The translations under genes and the position numbers were made by a program. From a virus (lineage: Duplodnaviria; Caudoviricetes), in the IMG/VR virus record IMGVR_UViG_3300033156_001123, positions 1 to 56,883 of that record: DNA of 56,883 nucleotides; one strand, 5' to 3'. The notes under the pieces are model-generated. The model had not been told where the DNA came from. It was given only the letters and a program-made list of their open reading frames with translations, and did not search any database. Of this stretch, positions 18,884 to 28,063 are shown in pieces. Within the stretch, counting starts at the first letter, position 1; each line of letters begins with the position of its first letter.

Positions 18884-19172
18884 CTTTTCTTTTCCTGATG
18901 TTTCTGAAATTTAACAAATTCTTCTGCAAGAGTTGCCAGTTTATCTAATTTTTCACTAATAGTGGCAAGTTTAGAATTTATATTCAACGATCTATCTTCC
19001 TTTGGTTTTGGCCAAACAAATAATACGGATTCCAAAACATAATCCTCTTTTTTTCTACAATCTTCTTTAACTCTTCTACTGCTGTATCAAAGTCCTTGAT
19101 ATAATATTCTTCTGATTTATTCCATCCTTTAATAACTACCTTTATCATCTTTGCTGGGTCAATTAATGCCAT
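18880..19172 (-). CDS. small hypothetical protein; 62-aa form and ~97-aa form via -1 shift at A_AAA_AAG
   Basis: -1 frame is open from 19047 to a TGA that overlaps the next gene's GTG (GTGA). Confidence 0.6.
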
Positions 19173-20003
19173 TTAATGCCTCCTTTTATGTTTGTTATCT
19201 ATATATTTTATATTTTTCTTCAAACTTTCTATGTTTGCTTCTTGATTTCTTTCATGATAAATATGCCAGCCCATCACTTCATCTGTAAAGATGAACTTAT
19301 ACCCAAATTCATCAATCATTTGACCTAAATCACAATCCTCTCCTCCATGCCCAACGATGTTTTCATCAAAACCTCCAACCTCTAAAAAAATCTTTTTAGG
19401 CATTAAAACATTACCACCAAATAAAGCGCCACCAGACCCTGAAACTGGCCTCCTTGATGAATTGTCTCTATACCTTTTATCTCTTTCAAATAATGACTGT
19501 CTTATATCAGCACCAATTAATTCACCCTTAGGAATATATTGAACATTTACCCTATTGCTTACCACCAAATCAAACCTAAATAATACATCCTCCAGTGTCA
19601 GCTTCATTGGCAATAGGAAATCGTACCTGCCACAAATTACACAATCAGGGAATTGGCTATGCAGACTGTGATAAGTGGCCAGCCAATCATTCTTGACAAT
19701 AATATCAGAATCTATAAATATTATTGTATCAGAATTTTCATTCATCAGCTCAACTCCCCTGTTGCGAGCTTGACCTGCTCTAAACCCTCTATCTGGCTGC
19801 CAAAAATACTTAATATTAAAGTCAGCAAACTTCCTGACAACTGACAAAATGTCTTTCTGAGAACCGTCATCACAAACAACCACTTCAAACTTATCAAAAT
19901 CAAACTCCTGTTTAAACAAGCAAGTCAAACAGCACTCCAATTCGAATGGTCTATTATACACCGGTATCACAATAGAATATTCAATCATAGCCTTAGACAC
20001 CAA
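19173..20003 (-). CDS. GT2 glycosyltransferase
   Basis: SIVIPVYNR, CDDGS, FIDSD, GGFDENIVGHGGED. Confidence 0.9.
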   Translation of the reverse strand: MVSKAMIEYSIVIPVYNRPFELECCLTCLFKQEFDFDKFEVVVCDDGSQKDILSVVRKFADFNIKYFWQPDRGFRAGQARNRGVELMNENSDTIIFIDSDIIVKNDWLATYHSLHSQFPDCVICGRYDFLLPMKLTLEDVLFRFDLVVSNRVNVQYIPKGELIGADIRQSLFERDKRYRDNSSRRPVSGSGGALFGGNVLMPKKIFLEVGGFDENIVGHGGEDCDLGQMIDEFGYKFIFTDEVMGWHIYHERNQEANIESLKKNIKYIDNKHKRRH

Positions 20004-20904
20004 GTTCTTTTCTTTTCTCTAAAGGAAGAAACATCCCATCATCACTGTAAATCATATTCTTCTCTGGCTCTGCAATAATTCCATACTTAATGTGTAAATC
20101 CCGATATTTATTTTCTATGTACCTAATATTCTTTTTAACATCCTGTTCATTTTGAGCTTGATTTCTCGGATGCCAGATATGCCAGCCAATTACTTCCTCT
20201 GAAAATAACGCTTTTGCTCCTCTCCTAAACAGTTCCCATCCTAAACAACAGTCTTCCCCTCCATGTCCTCTTATATTCGTATCAAAACCACCTGCTTCCA
20301 AAAAAAGCTTTTTAGGGATTAGCAAATTACCTCCAAACATTCCTAAAGCAAAAGGTTTACCTGTAACTGGCGATAAACTACTCGGCTCTTTCCAAAATTT
20401 TGTCCTTTCATCCTTCCACCTTGGATCTACTCCTGGTAGAGGACCAGCAGAAATAGGAGCTACTTGTGGAAATTGATTACTTACTACTTTATCAAATTGA
20501 TTTGCCACCAATTCTTCAGTTATATTCATAGGCATCAGCCAATCATATCTGCCACAAATTATTGTCTCAGGATATAAACTATGTAACTTATCATAGGCTT
20601 TCAAAGCATCAGGATTAAGAATTACATCTGAATCCACGAATATCAGAGCTTCTCCAATAGCAATTTTACTTGCCAGATTTTTTGCTGGACCTGGATTACC
20701 TGTCTTGCCTATTCTCCATAGATACTTTATATTCATTATAGCTGAATACTTCTGAGCTATCTTCACAGCAGGGTCTGTACCTTCATCGCTAATAATGACT
20801 TCCCAAAATTCTGTAGGGAAGGTTTGTTTTGCTAAAGCCATCAAACAACATGATAAATTCTGGTGTCTATTATAGGTAGGAATTATAATAGAAAATTTAA
20901 TCAC
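19993..20904 (-). CDS. GT2 glycosyltransferase
   Basis: SIIIPTYNR, FVDSD, GGFDTNIRGHGGED. Confidence 0.9.
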   Translation of the reverse strand: MIKFSIIIPTYNRHQNLSCCLMALAKQTFPTEFWEVIISDEGTDPAVKIAQKYSAIMNIKYLWRIGKTGNPGPAKNLASKIAIGEALIFVDSDVILNPDALKAYDKLHSLYPETIICGRYDWLMPMNITEELVANQFDKVVSNQFPQVAPISAGPLPGVDPRWKDERTKFWKEPSSLSPVTGKPFALGMFGGNLLIPKKLFLEAGGFDTNIRGHGGEDCCLGWELFRRGAKALFSEEVIGWHIWHPRNQAQNEQDVKKNIRYIENKYRDLHIKYGIIAEPEKNMIYSDDGMFLPLEKRKELGV

Positions 20905-21790
20905 AATTTCCTCCTAAAAATTGTAAAGTTTTTAAAACTATCTTATCTGTTATTTGAGTCTCATCAAAATATGCTACCTTCCAACCATATTTGCCAAATA
21001 TTTTAGAACGCTTCTCCTTCCATTCTTCTATACTCCTACCACCTCTGCTCTTATAATATCTGGCAAAAACTTCCACTGCAATTTTCTTGCCATTAGTATT
21101 AATAAAGTCAGGATTACAATTTTCAAGAATAAATGAGCCATCACCCACATATTTATAAGGTAAGCCATATTTATCAACAATTCTCTGAAACTTAATTTCC
21201 AAACTGGTGGGAATCCTTCGTCTCATAACATTCTTAATTGCTTGTGCAGACCGTTTTTTGCCTCTTAAAGCATGAGACCTTTTTAGTTTAGTCCACTTTG
21301 ATTGCTTAACTCCTAAATGAGATTCTCTGAGATCTCTCGGAGTAAAACCAAACTGTTTAAATAACCACTTGAAATTAGTTGGGGAAAAGCCAAGAATTTT
21401 TGAACACTGATACAATGATTTTCTTTGATAAAAATACCAATACCAGAATAGCCATTTAGGATGCATATGATATTTCTGCTTTAAAATATGGAATTTTCTC
21501 AATCTTCTCTTTAATAAGTTTGGTGGATTGTTTCTTAGGGCTTCTTTAATTTTTTCTATAGTTATAGGTGAGAGCTTTTTACCTTTATTCCAGGAGATCT
21601 TTCCTTTCATAGCATTGCTTATTTTTTTTCTCCGCTCTTCAGTAAATACCTTCCCTTTTAATGCATTGCTTATCTTCTTGCGAGTCTCTTCAGTATGATG
21701 CCTACCTTTAATCCAAGGAATTTTTCCTTTATTAGCAATGCCTATTTTCCGTTTATGCTCTTCAGATAATCGTTTCTTCATTTTCTCCAT
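20897..21790 (-). CDS. NUMOD3-containing putative homing endonuclease with Vsr/DUF559-like nuclease domain
   Basis: SEEHKRKI/TEETRKKIS/WNKG repeats; C-terminal PTSLE...NPDF...KIAVEVF...YGWKV. Confidence 0.75.
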   Translation of the reverse strand: MEKMKKRLSEEHKRKIGIANKGKIPWIKGRHHTEETRKKISNALKGKVFTEERRKKISNAMKGKISWNKGKKLSPITIEKIKEALRNNPPNLLKRRLRKFHILKQKYHMHPKWLFWYWYFYQRKSLYQCSKILGFSPTNFKWLFKQFGFTPRDLRESHLGVKQSKWTKLKRSHALRGKKRSAQAIKNVMRRRIPTSLEIKFQRIVDKYGLPYKYVGDGSFILENCNPDFINTNGKKIAVEVFARYYKSRGGRSIEEWKEKRSKIFGKYGWKVAYFDETQITDKIVLKTLQFLGGNCD

Positions 21791-23454
21791 TAATCTGCAA
21801 TATAACAGGTGCTATAAGGGCCGTCTATATGACAACTCGGCCTAAAACACTTATCAGTTAAACAATTGACGCCCAGCTGACACCATTCAGCTGTACGACC
21901 CCATACATTAGGAAGATCTTTCAAGTGGCAAAGAGGCTTCAATTCGTGGCAGATAGAAACACTAAGATCTGTATCAACTACCAAACTCTTTCTAAAAGCC
22001 TCACATTTTTTATGTTCACCTGTTCTCAAGAATTGAGTAATCTTTTTTGCAAATCTGTCATGAGCAAATAGTCTATTCGGTGTTTGATTAATAATCCTAT
22101 CTAAAAGACCTATCTTCTCAGGAGTCCATTTTTCTTTTACTTTCCCTACAAAATAACTTCCAGAAACTCCTGTTCTAATACAGAAAGTTATTCCCAATTT
22201 CTCTATGAATTCAATTAAATAAGGTAACTCCTCAACTGTGTCAGGATAAACAGTAATACTTATCCCTCCTTTATGTGGCCACAGGGAATTTAAAAATTTT
22301 GCAGTTTCAATTGCTTGATTAAAAACTCCAGAGACACCTCTAAGTCTATCATGGACTTCCTCTCTGCCATCTATACTAACCCTAATAACAAAATTACCTT
22401 TTAGATTATTTGCAACAGTCTGCCAAATTTTTTTCTGGAGAGGAAAATTTGTGCCATTAGTAACAACTCCTATCTCCTGACCTGGCCACCGATTATTGCA
22501 AATCGCAAGTAATTCAACAAGATTAGGGTGTAGAGTAGGCTCCCCTCCAAAAATACATACATTTGTAATATTAGAGAAAAAGTTATGAGCAATAAATTTC
22601 TGTAACTCAAACACATCCAAATCATTTGAAGATCGCTTTTTCCAGATATTACAATGAACACATCTTAAATTACATCTCCAAGTGGCAGCAATAGCTATCC
22701 AAAAAGGAGCAATAACATCTAATTTCCTGTGATGAAGCCATTTTTCTCTGAATAAAGACTTATTTTCAGTCTCATGTAAAAATCTACCCTCAGAGCCAAA
22801 ACGATGATGCAATATTACAGCATCTGCACAATAGTAAATCCCATAGCCATATTCTTTTGCCCTTAAACAAAAATCTACATCTTCCCATCCATTAATAAAC
22901 TCTTCACAAAAACCACCCAACCTGTCAAATACTTCTTTCTCTACCAATATACAAGCTGCAGTTACAGCCTCAGCTTCTCTGCTTTTATTACAACTATAAT
23001 CATCTGCTGGCCTACCTTGGCCATATTCATAAGGATACCCAGAAGCTGCCATAAACCTAATTCCTGCATGCTGTATAAATCTACCATCAATTGTCAACAA
23101 TTTTGCACCCACTATTGGAAATTTGGGGTAATTATCCTCAGCAATTTTCAGCATATACTCTAAAAAGCCTTTTTGTGGCTCTGTGTCATTATTTAGAAAC
23201 AATATATACTCAGCTTCTAAACTCTTAGCACCTCTATTACAGCTTTTAGCAAAACCAACATTTGCTTCATTCTTAATATAGTTAATCTCTGGATATTTTT
23301 CTGCCCATCTATCAGTACCATCTATTGAACCATCATCTACCAAAGTTAATTTCCAATTTATTTTATCAGATATATTCTCCCTTAAACACTTCCACAAAGG
23401 ATCTAAAAACTTCTTGCCATTATAAGTTGGCACAACGATATTTACTTTAACCAT
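21790..23454 (-). CDS. GT2 glycosyltransferase fused to a radical SAM domain
   Basis: N-terminal VDDGS, FLNNDT, EDVDFCLRA; C-terminal CNLRCVHC, GGEP, VSIDG and a Cys-rich tail. Confidence 0.9.
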   Translation of the reverse strand: MVKVNIVVPTYNGKKFLDPLWKCLRENISDKINWKLTLVDDGSIDGTDRWAEKYPEINYIKNEANVGFAKSCNRGAKSLEAEYILFLNNDTEPQKGFLEYMLKIAEDNYPKFPIVGAKLLTIDGRFIQHAGIRFMAASGYPYEYGQGRPADDYSCNKSREAEAVTAACILVEKEVFDRLGGFCEEFINGWEDVDFCLRAKEYGYGIYYCADAVILHHRFGSEGRFLHETENKSLFREKWLHHRKLDVIAPFWIAIAATWRCNLRCVHCNIWKKRSSNDLDVFELQKFIAHNFFSNITNVCIFGGEPTLHPNLVELLAICNNRWPGQEIGVVTNGTNFPLQKKIWQTVANNLKGNFVIRVSIDGREEVHDRLRGVSGVFNQAIETAKFLNSLWPHKGGISITVYPDTVEELPYLIEFIEKLGITFCIRTGVSGSYFVGKVKEKWTPEKIGLLDRIINQTPNRLFAHDRFAKKITQFLRTGEHKKCEAFRKSLVVDTDLSVSICHELKPLCHLKDLPNVWGRTAEWCQLGVNCLTDKCFRPSCHIDGPYSTCYIAD

Positions 23455-23467
23455 TTAAACTCGTCCT

Positions 23468-24007
23468 TTAAGAATCACTGTTTATAAACTTTTTAGTCTT
23501 ATCTTTTAAAACTTCCCAATATCCATCAATCATGCTTCTAAACTTCCTTACTACATCCTCTTCTGTTTCTCCCCCCAGAGGTGTAATACTACCTAATTCA
23601 ATATCAGCAACAACTAATTCAGAACCTGCATCAGGATTGCCACTATTATCAAAACCTTTATAGATCTGAATTCCATGTTTATTACCAACCTTAGAAGACA
23701 GAATCACTCTCCTTACAAGTTCTGGCAATTCTCTTTGCTGAGAATAAGCCCGACAATAAACTCCAATAGTAAAATTAAACCTCGCCAGCCTTGACTCTGT
23801 GCCTTCATAGTCAGGCTGAACATTCACATCATGTTCTTCTAAATAAGGATGAATAAGAATGAAAGGTAATGTTAAATCTGAAAGATTTAAATCAGGATGA
23901 CTAATATAAACTCTATCATCAAAATCATTTTCCAAATCTGCTGAGCTTCTTAAGAAGTATACCAAACTATTGTAAAAAGCTTCCCCGAGATTATTGACTA
24001 AAGACAT
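23468..24007 (-). CDS. tail terminator/completion protein
   Basis: RVYISHP...LPFILI...FTIGVY pattern; otherwise missing between neck and tail tube. Confidence 0.6.
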   Translation of the reverse strand: MSLVNNLGEAFYNSLVYFLRSSADLENDFDDRVYISHPDLNLSDLTLPFILIHPYLEEHDVNVQPDYEGTESRLARFNFTIGVYCRAYSQQRELPELVRRVILSSKVGNKHGIQIYKGFDNSGNPDAGSELVVADIELGSITPLGGETEEDVVRKFRSMIDGYWEVLKDKTKKFINSDS

Positions 24008-24027
24008 CTTTAACTCCCTGTTTTTTA

Positions 24028-24744
24028 CTATTGTTCAATCTTATTTCTTTCATAAAAATACTGACTACTCTTAAAAAGAGAGGTAAAGGTCCCCGCATCG
24101 CTCCAGAATCCATCAAGTATTCTATATGTCAAACGATGATGAACGAGGTAATATCGATTAGTATCAGTAATTTCTAATTCTCCTCTATTTGAATATTCTT
24201 GGCTTCTAATTACATCAAAAACTTCACAATCATATAAATAAAAACCTGTTATTGCTAAGTCACTGATAAATTTCTTAGGTTTCTCAATAATCCTCATTAC
24301 TTTGCTATCTCTAATTTCAGCTACCCCAAATCTCTGGGGATCGCTAACTTTCTTCAGAAAAATCTTAGCCCCTCCAGTAAAATCAAGGATATCAGATTTG
24401 AAATCCTCTTCAAAAATGTTATCACCCAAAATCACTGCAACATTATCATCCTGAACAAAATCCTCAGCTAACAATAATGCTTCAGCAATTCCTCCTGCTT
24501 GGTCTTGGACTTTGTAAGTAAACTCTACTCCAAAGTCTTTTCCACTTCCCAAAGTCTGAATAACTGCTCCCATATGTTCCCTGCCAGTGACAATCAGAAT
24601 TTCTTTAATCCCTGAGTTAATTAAAGTTTTCAGAGGATAGAATATCATCGGTTTATTGAACACTGGTAGAAGATGTTTATTCGTCACTTTAGTACAAGGA
24701 TAAAGCCTCGTTCCCTTACCGCCCGCAAGTAATACTCCTTTCAT
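24028..24744 (-). CDS. rmlA: glucose-1-phosphate thymidylyltransferase (short form)
   Basis: LAGGKGTRLYP, NKHLLPV, ILGDN, RGELEITD, WSDAGT. Confidence 0.92.
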   Translation of the reverse strand: MKGVLLAGGKGTRLYPCTKVTNKHLLPVFNKPMIFYPLKTLINSGIKEILIVTGREHMGAVIQTLGSGKDFGVEFTYKVQDQAGGIAEALLLAEDFVQDDNVAVILGDNIFEEDFKSDILDFTGGAKIFLKKVSDPQRFGVAEIRDSKVMRIIEKPKKFISDLAITGFYLYDCEVFDVIRSQEYSNRGELEITDTNRYYLVHHRLTYRILDGFWSDAGTFTSLFKSSQYFYERNKIEQ

Positions 24745-25715
24745 TTATCATCCTCTTTAAGTTTTAATTTCTTCCACCACCACTCATTATTAATATACCA
24801 ATTAATGGTTTTATTCAAATTTGTTTCTAAATTATCTTTTATTTCAAAAACTAATTCAGTAATTTTTTTACAATCAACTGCATATCTCCTATCGTGCCCA
24901 GGTCTATCAGGAACAAATTCTATAAAGTATTCATAGTCAAGCGCCATATTCTCAATTATAAACTTGATTAATTCATAGTTAGTCACATCATCATATAAAG
25001 AGCCTATATTATATATCTCTCCAAATTTCCCTTTGTGAAGAAGAAGGTCTATAGCTCTACAATTATCCTCTACAAATATCCAGTTTCGTATTTGGTCTCC
25101 TTTTCCATAGATAGGCACTTTTTTATTTTCAAGTAAATTTGTTATTGCAAGAGGGATTAGTTTTTCAGGATACTGATAAGGACCAAAGTTATTAGTACTC
25201 CTGCTGATAATGTATTTAAGTCCGTAAGTTCTTCCGTAAGCTTGTACTAACAAATCTGCTCCTGCTTTACTTGCTGAATAAGGAGAAGAAGGCTTCAAAA
25301 GAGAATCTTCATCTGCAAATCCATCAAGCACTTCTCCATATACTTCATCTGTGCTAATTTGAAAAAATTTACAGTCATATCGAACCGCATAATCAAGAAG
25401 TCTCTGCACTCCTAAATAATTGCTTTTTATAAAAGGCAAGGAGTCTCTTATACTTCTATCAACATGGCTCTCAGCAGCAAAGTTGACTATCCAATCAGGA
25501 GGATCAAAAGGGAAATTCTGGATATCACAAATATCCATTTTAACAAAAATATAATTAGGATTATTTTCAATATCCTTCAAATTATCAGGATTGCCTGAGT
25601 AGGTGAGTTTATCTAAATTGTAAACTTTATAAGTAGGATAGCTTCTAAGAATATAATGGATGAAATTAGAACCAATGAACCCACATCCTCCAGTAATTAA
25701 TAGTCTTACACTCAA
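24741..25715 (-). CDS. rmlB: dTDP-glucose 4,6-dehydratase
   Basis: GGCGFIGSNF, FAAESHVDRS, STDEVYG, YSASK, DRPGHDRRY. Confidence 0.95.
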   Translation of the reverse strand: MSVRLLITGGCGFIGSNFIHYILRSYPTYKVYNLDKLTYSGNPDNLKDIENNPNYIFVKMDICDIQNFPFDPPDWIVNFAAESHVDRSIRDSLPFIKSNYLGVQRLLDYAVRYDCKFFQISTDEVYGEVLDGFADEDSLLKPSSPYSASKAGADLLVQAYGRTYGLKYIISRSTNNFGPYQYPEKLIPLAITNLLENKKVPIYGKGDQIRNWIFVEDNCRAIDLLLHKGKFGEIYNIGSLYDDVTNYELIKFIIENMALDYEYFIEFVPDRPGHDRRYAVDCKKITELVFEIKDNLETNLNKTINWYINNEWWWKKLKLKEDDK

Positions 25716-25731
25716 ATCTACCTCCTTTCAA

Positions 25732-25995
25732 TTACCACTTAATCATTACTAAAGCTGAAACTAAAGCACCAATCACAGTAATCAATAAAGAGAAAAATAT
25801 CCTCCTTGAAAACCTTTTGTATTCATCAATACATCTTGCCAGCCTATCAATCTTGTCATTAGCTACTTCCAGCTGTTCATATATATGCTTAGTTTCATTA
25901 CTTATCAGCTTCTCAACCATTTCCTTAAAACTCAATAAAATAGCTCTCGTTTCCCTACCATAAGAACAACCATTTTTTATATTCTGTCGAGTCAA
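25732..25995 (-). CDS. small coiled-coil protein with C-terminal TM helix (XhlA/holin-like)
   Basis: coiled-coil followed by IFFSLLITVIGALVSALVM. Confidence 0.45.
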   Translation of the reverse strand: MTRQNIKNGCSYGRETRAILLSFKEMVEKLISNETKHIYEQLEVANDKIDRLARCIDEYKRFSRRIFFSLLITVIGALVSALVMIKW

Positions 25996-25996
25996 A

Positions 25997-26410
25997 TTAC
26001 ATCACCCCTTTTTTCCAAAAATCTCCCAATATTTTGGTCAATAAATTGGCTGCTTCTTTTTTCATTGGCTCTTTCACACTTTTAATACCTTTGTGAATAA
26101 AATGGCTCTTAGTTTTGTGCTCAAATTCTTGTTTAGCAGTATATGGTAGAGCTGAGCCAACTAAATATGTCAATTTGTCTATTTTTTGTCCAGTCACAGC
26201 GGGATAAACTCTATTCTTATAATCCACAGAAGCTGTCAGACTTTTTTGCAAAGTGCCCGTCAATACAGGGCAGTGCAGCTTAGCATTTTCCGCAGCTTCA
26301 ACTGCATATCTCTTAACAACCCTATCTAAAGCTTCTGTTATAGCATCATCACTCCTACCAACATTTTCAGCCTTGTCCCAATTAAACATTTCTGCTGGCA
26401 TTTTACCCAC
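25997..26410 (-). CDS. HK97 gp10-like neck/tail-completion protein
   Basis: AKLHCPVLTGTLQKS...VGSALPYT..QE...HFI. Confidence 0.8.
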   Translation of the reverse strand: MGKMPAEMFNWDKAENVGRSDDAITEALDRVVKRYAVEAAENAKLHCPVLTGTLQKSLTASVDYKNRVYPAVTGQKIDKLTYLVGSALPYTAKQEFEHKTKSHFIHKGIKSVKEPMKKEAANLLTKILGDFWKKGVM

Positions 26411-26834
26411 CTGTTTTCTTACCCAAATAAATTATTTGCCTCGTTATTTCAGAGCCTAAACCAGTCTTGTGCACTTGTCTAATAACATAAGTTTCATCTT
26501 TGTAAACAGCTTCATAATATTGAGTACCTCCCACAGTAGTTGGTTCAGAAGTGTTTATCTCTTCCTTTCTCCAATCTATTGTAGCAATTATGTCTCCCCG
26601 CTCAAGGAAGCCTGGTGCTGCCACGATTTCTCTCTCTTCACCTTTCAATATCTGAATTACAGGCTCGCAATATTCCTCTGCATAAGTCCAACTTTTTTCA
26701 TTTGTAAATGGATCGATACTATCCAAAGTTCTTTTCTTAAAATAAAATTCTCCTGGGCTACATCTCCTTCCTCCATAAATACCAAGCTCATTCAGCTTTG
26801 TCCATTTTATATCTTCTTTAGTTAACATTTTCAA
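26403..26834 (-). CDS. head-closure protein
   Basis: DPFTNE, G.LERGD, Y.I..V; between adaptor and gp10-like gene. Confidence 0.6.
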   Translation of the reverse strand: MKMLTKEDIKWTKLNELGIYGGRRCSPGEFYFKKRTLDSIDPFTNEKSWTYAEEYCEPVIQILKGEEREIVAAPGFLERGDIIATIDWRKEEINTSEPTTVGGTQYYEAVYKDETYVIRQVHKTGLGSEITRQIIYLGKKTGG

Positions 26835-27391
26835 TCCTGATAAATTCCTGTATAATCACCTTCATCCTCTGAATATATCTCAGCTCTTAATACACCCACT
26901 GCTAAGCTTGCTGCCTGTTCTTCTTTAGCTTTCTGTTCAAATGCTTCTGCCATTCTCAAGAAATTCTGACACTCTTTGGTTTTATCCACTTTCTCGTCGC
27001 CTGACCAATAAACAAAGAATTTAGCAGCATTTGTTGCTAAAGCTCTGCAGCAGTGAGCAGCAGCCATATTTATATCATTGCCATAATCCGACAATATCTG
27101 GTCAAGCTCATCATCGCTAAAAGCATTATATTCATACTTCTGAGCTTTTAATATAGCACCATTACTCGGAGCTGAGGTCATTGTGATTAAACCAGTATCG
27201 TTGTCAATTGTGTAGTCAGTATTCCTTGTCTGTGAATTGTTGTTTAAAATAATAACTTCAGTAGTTGCTCTAACTGGATACATACTCAATTGAAAGTACT
27301 TATTACTCCCATCACCAACACCAAATTGGTCGTTGACCATTATTTTATTTTTATCACCAATTAAAAGTCTCAATTTTTCTCTATTAGTCAA
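26831..27391 (-). CDS. head-tail adaptor with an inserted beta domain
   Basis: LRLLIGD...FSDDELDQIL...AAAHCCRALA; inserted GDGSNKYF...DYTIDNDTGLIT...APSNG. Confidence 0.75.
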   Translation of the reverse strand: MTNREKLRLLIGDKNKIMVNDQFGVGDGSNKYFQLSMYPVRATTEVIILNNNSQTRNTDYTIDNDTGLITMTSAPSNGAILKAQKYEYNAFSDDELDQILSDYGNDINMAAAHCCRALATNAAKFFVYWSGDEKVDKTKECQNFLRMAEAFEQKAKEEQAASLAVGVLRAEIYSEDEGDYTGIYQD

Positions 27392-27700
27392 TTACATCAC
27401 TCCTATTTGTAAATGAAAATGGTCTCTAACTTTGAAATGACTAATATCAATATTTTTAATCTTGTTAATTTTTCTTTCTTGAATAAGTTTGTTCGCTACA
27501 TCTATCCCTTTTTGGAGCATATATTCAACAGTTTCAGCTCTGTAACTTTCGTACGGTTTGTGATAAGACTGTCCACTAAAGACAATTAAAATTCTCATTT
27601 TGAAGTTCTTACTATCTAAATCTTCACAGACCACCAAATCTTTTTCTTTTAGAAACCACTCGGTCTTTTTCTCTATTGGACAGAAAGGACAGTTATCCAT
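27392..27700 (-). CDS. HIT/GalT-like small protein
   Basis: N-terminal CPFC; C-terminal HFHLQ. Confidence 0.55.
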   Translation of the reverse strand: MDNCPFCPIEKKTEWFLKEKDLVVCEDLDSKNFKMRILIVFSGQSYHKPYESYRAETVEYMLQKGIDVANKLIQERKINKIKNIDISHFKVRDHFHLQIGVM

Positions 27701-27718
27701 TAATTCAATTAATCTTTC

Positions 27719-28054
27719 TTATTTGTTCCCTTTTATTTCTTTGATTATCTCTTGTCTCGCATAGTTATTTATAACTTGTAGAGCGGCTTTCAATTCACCA
27801 GGTAATTTGCTTATCTTCACTCCCCATCTCGTAAAATTTCTTGTTCCAAGCTCCTCAATTCTATTACCATTATCATCCACAAAATAGTAATTAGCTGAGA
27901 AATCAATTGAGCCGTCACGGTTCGCTATTGTAACATTCATAACTTTTATATCCTTGACCGTTATCGTTTTTAATGCTTGCCCAAAAGCTATCCCTGTTAA
28001 AAATGTTCCTAAAGCCAAAGCAATTATAAGCTTTTTAGTCATATTAACCTCCAT
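27719..28054 (-). CDS. hypothetical protein with N-terminal signal peptide
   Basis: MTKKLIIALALGTFLTGIAFG. Confidence 0.7.
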   Translation of the reverse strand: MEVNMTKKLIIALALGTFLTGIAFGQALKTITVKDIKVMNVTIANRDGSIDFSANYYFVDDNGNRIEELGTRNFTRWGVKISKLPGELKAALQVINNYARQEIIKEIKGNK

Positions 28055-28063
28055 TATTCAATT

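Noticed and set aside
8009-25715. Host O-antigen/capsule locus or gtr-type serotype conversion
   Set aside because: No transporter, polymerase or lipid-carrier enzymes, and the genes are interleaved with virion genes
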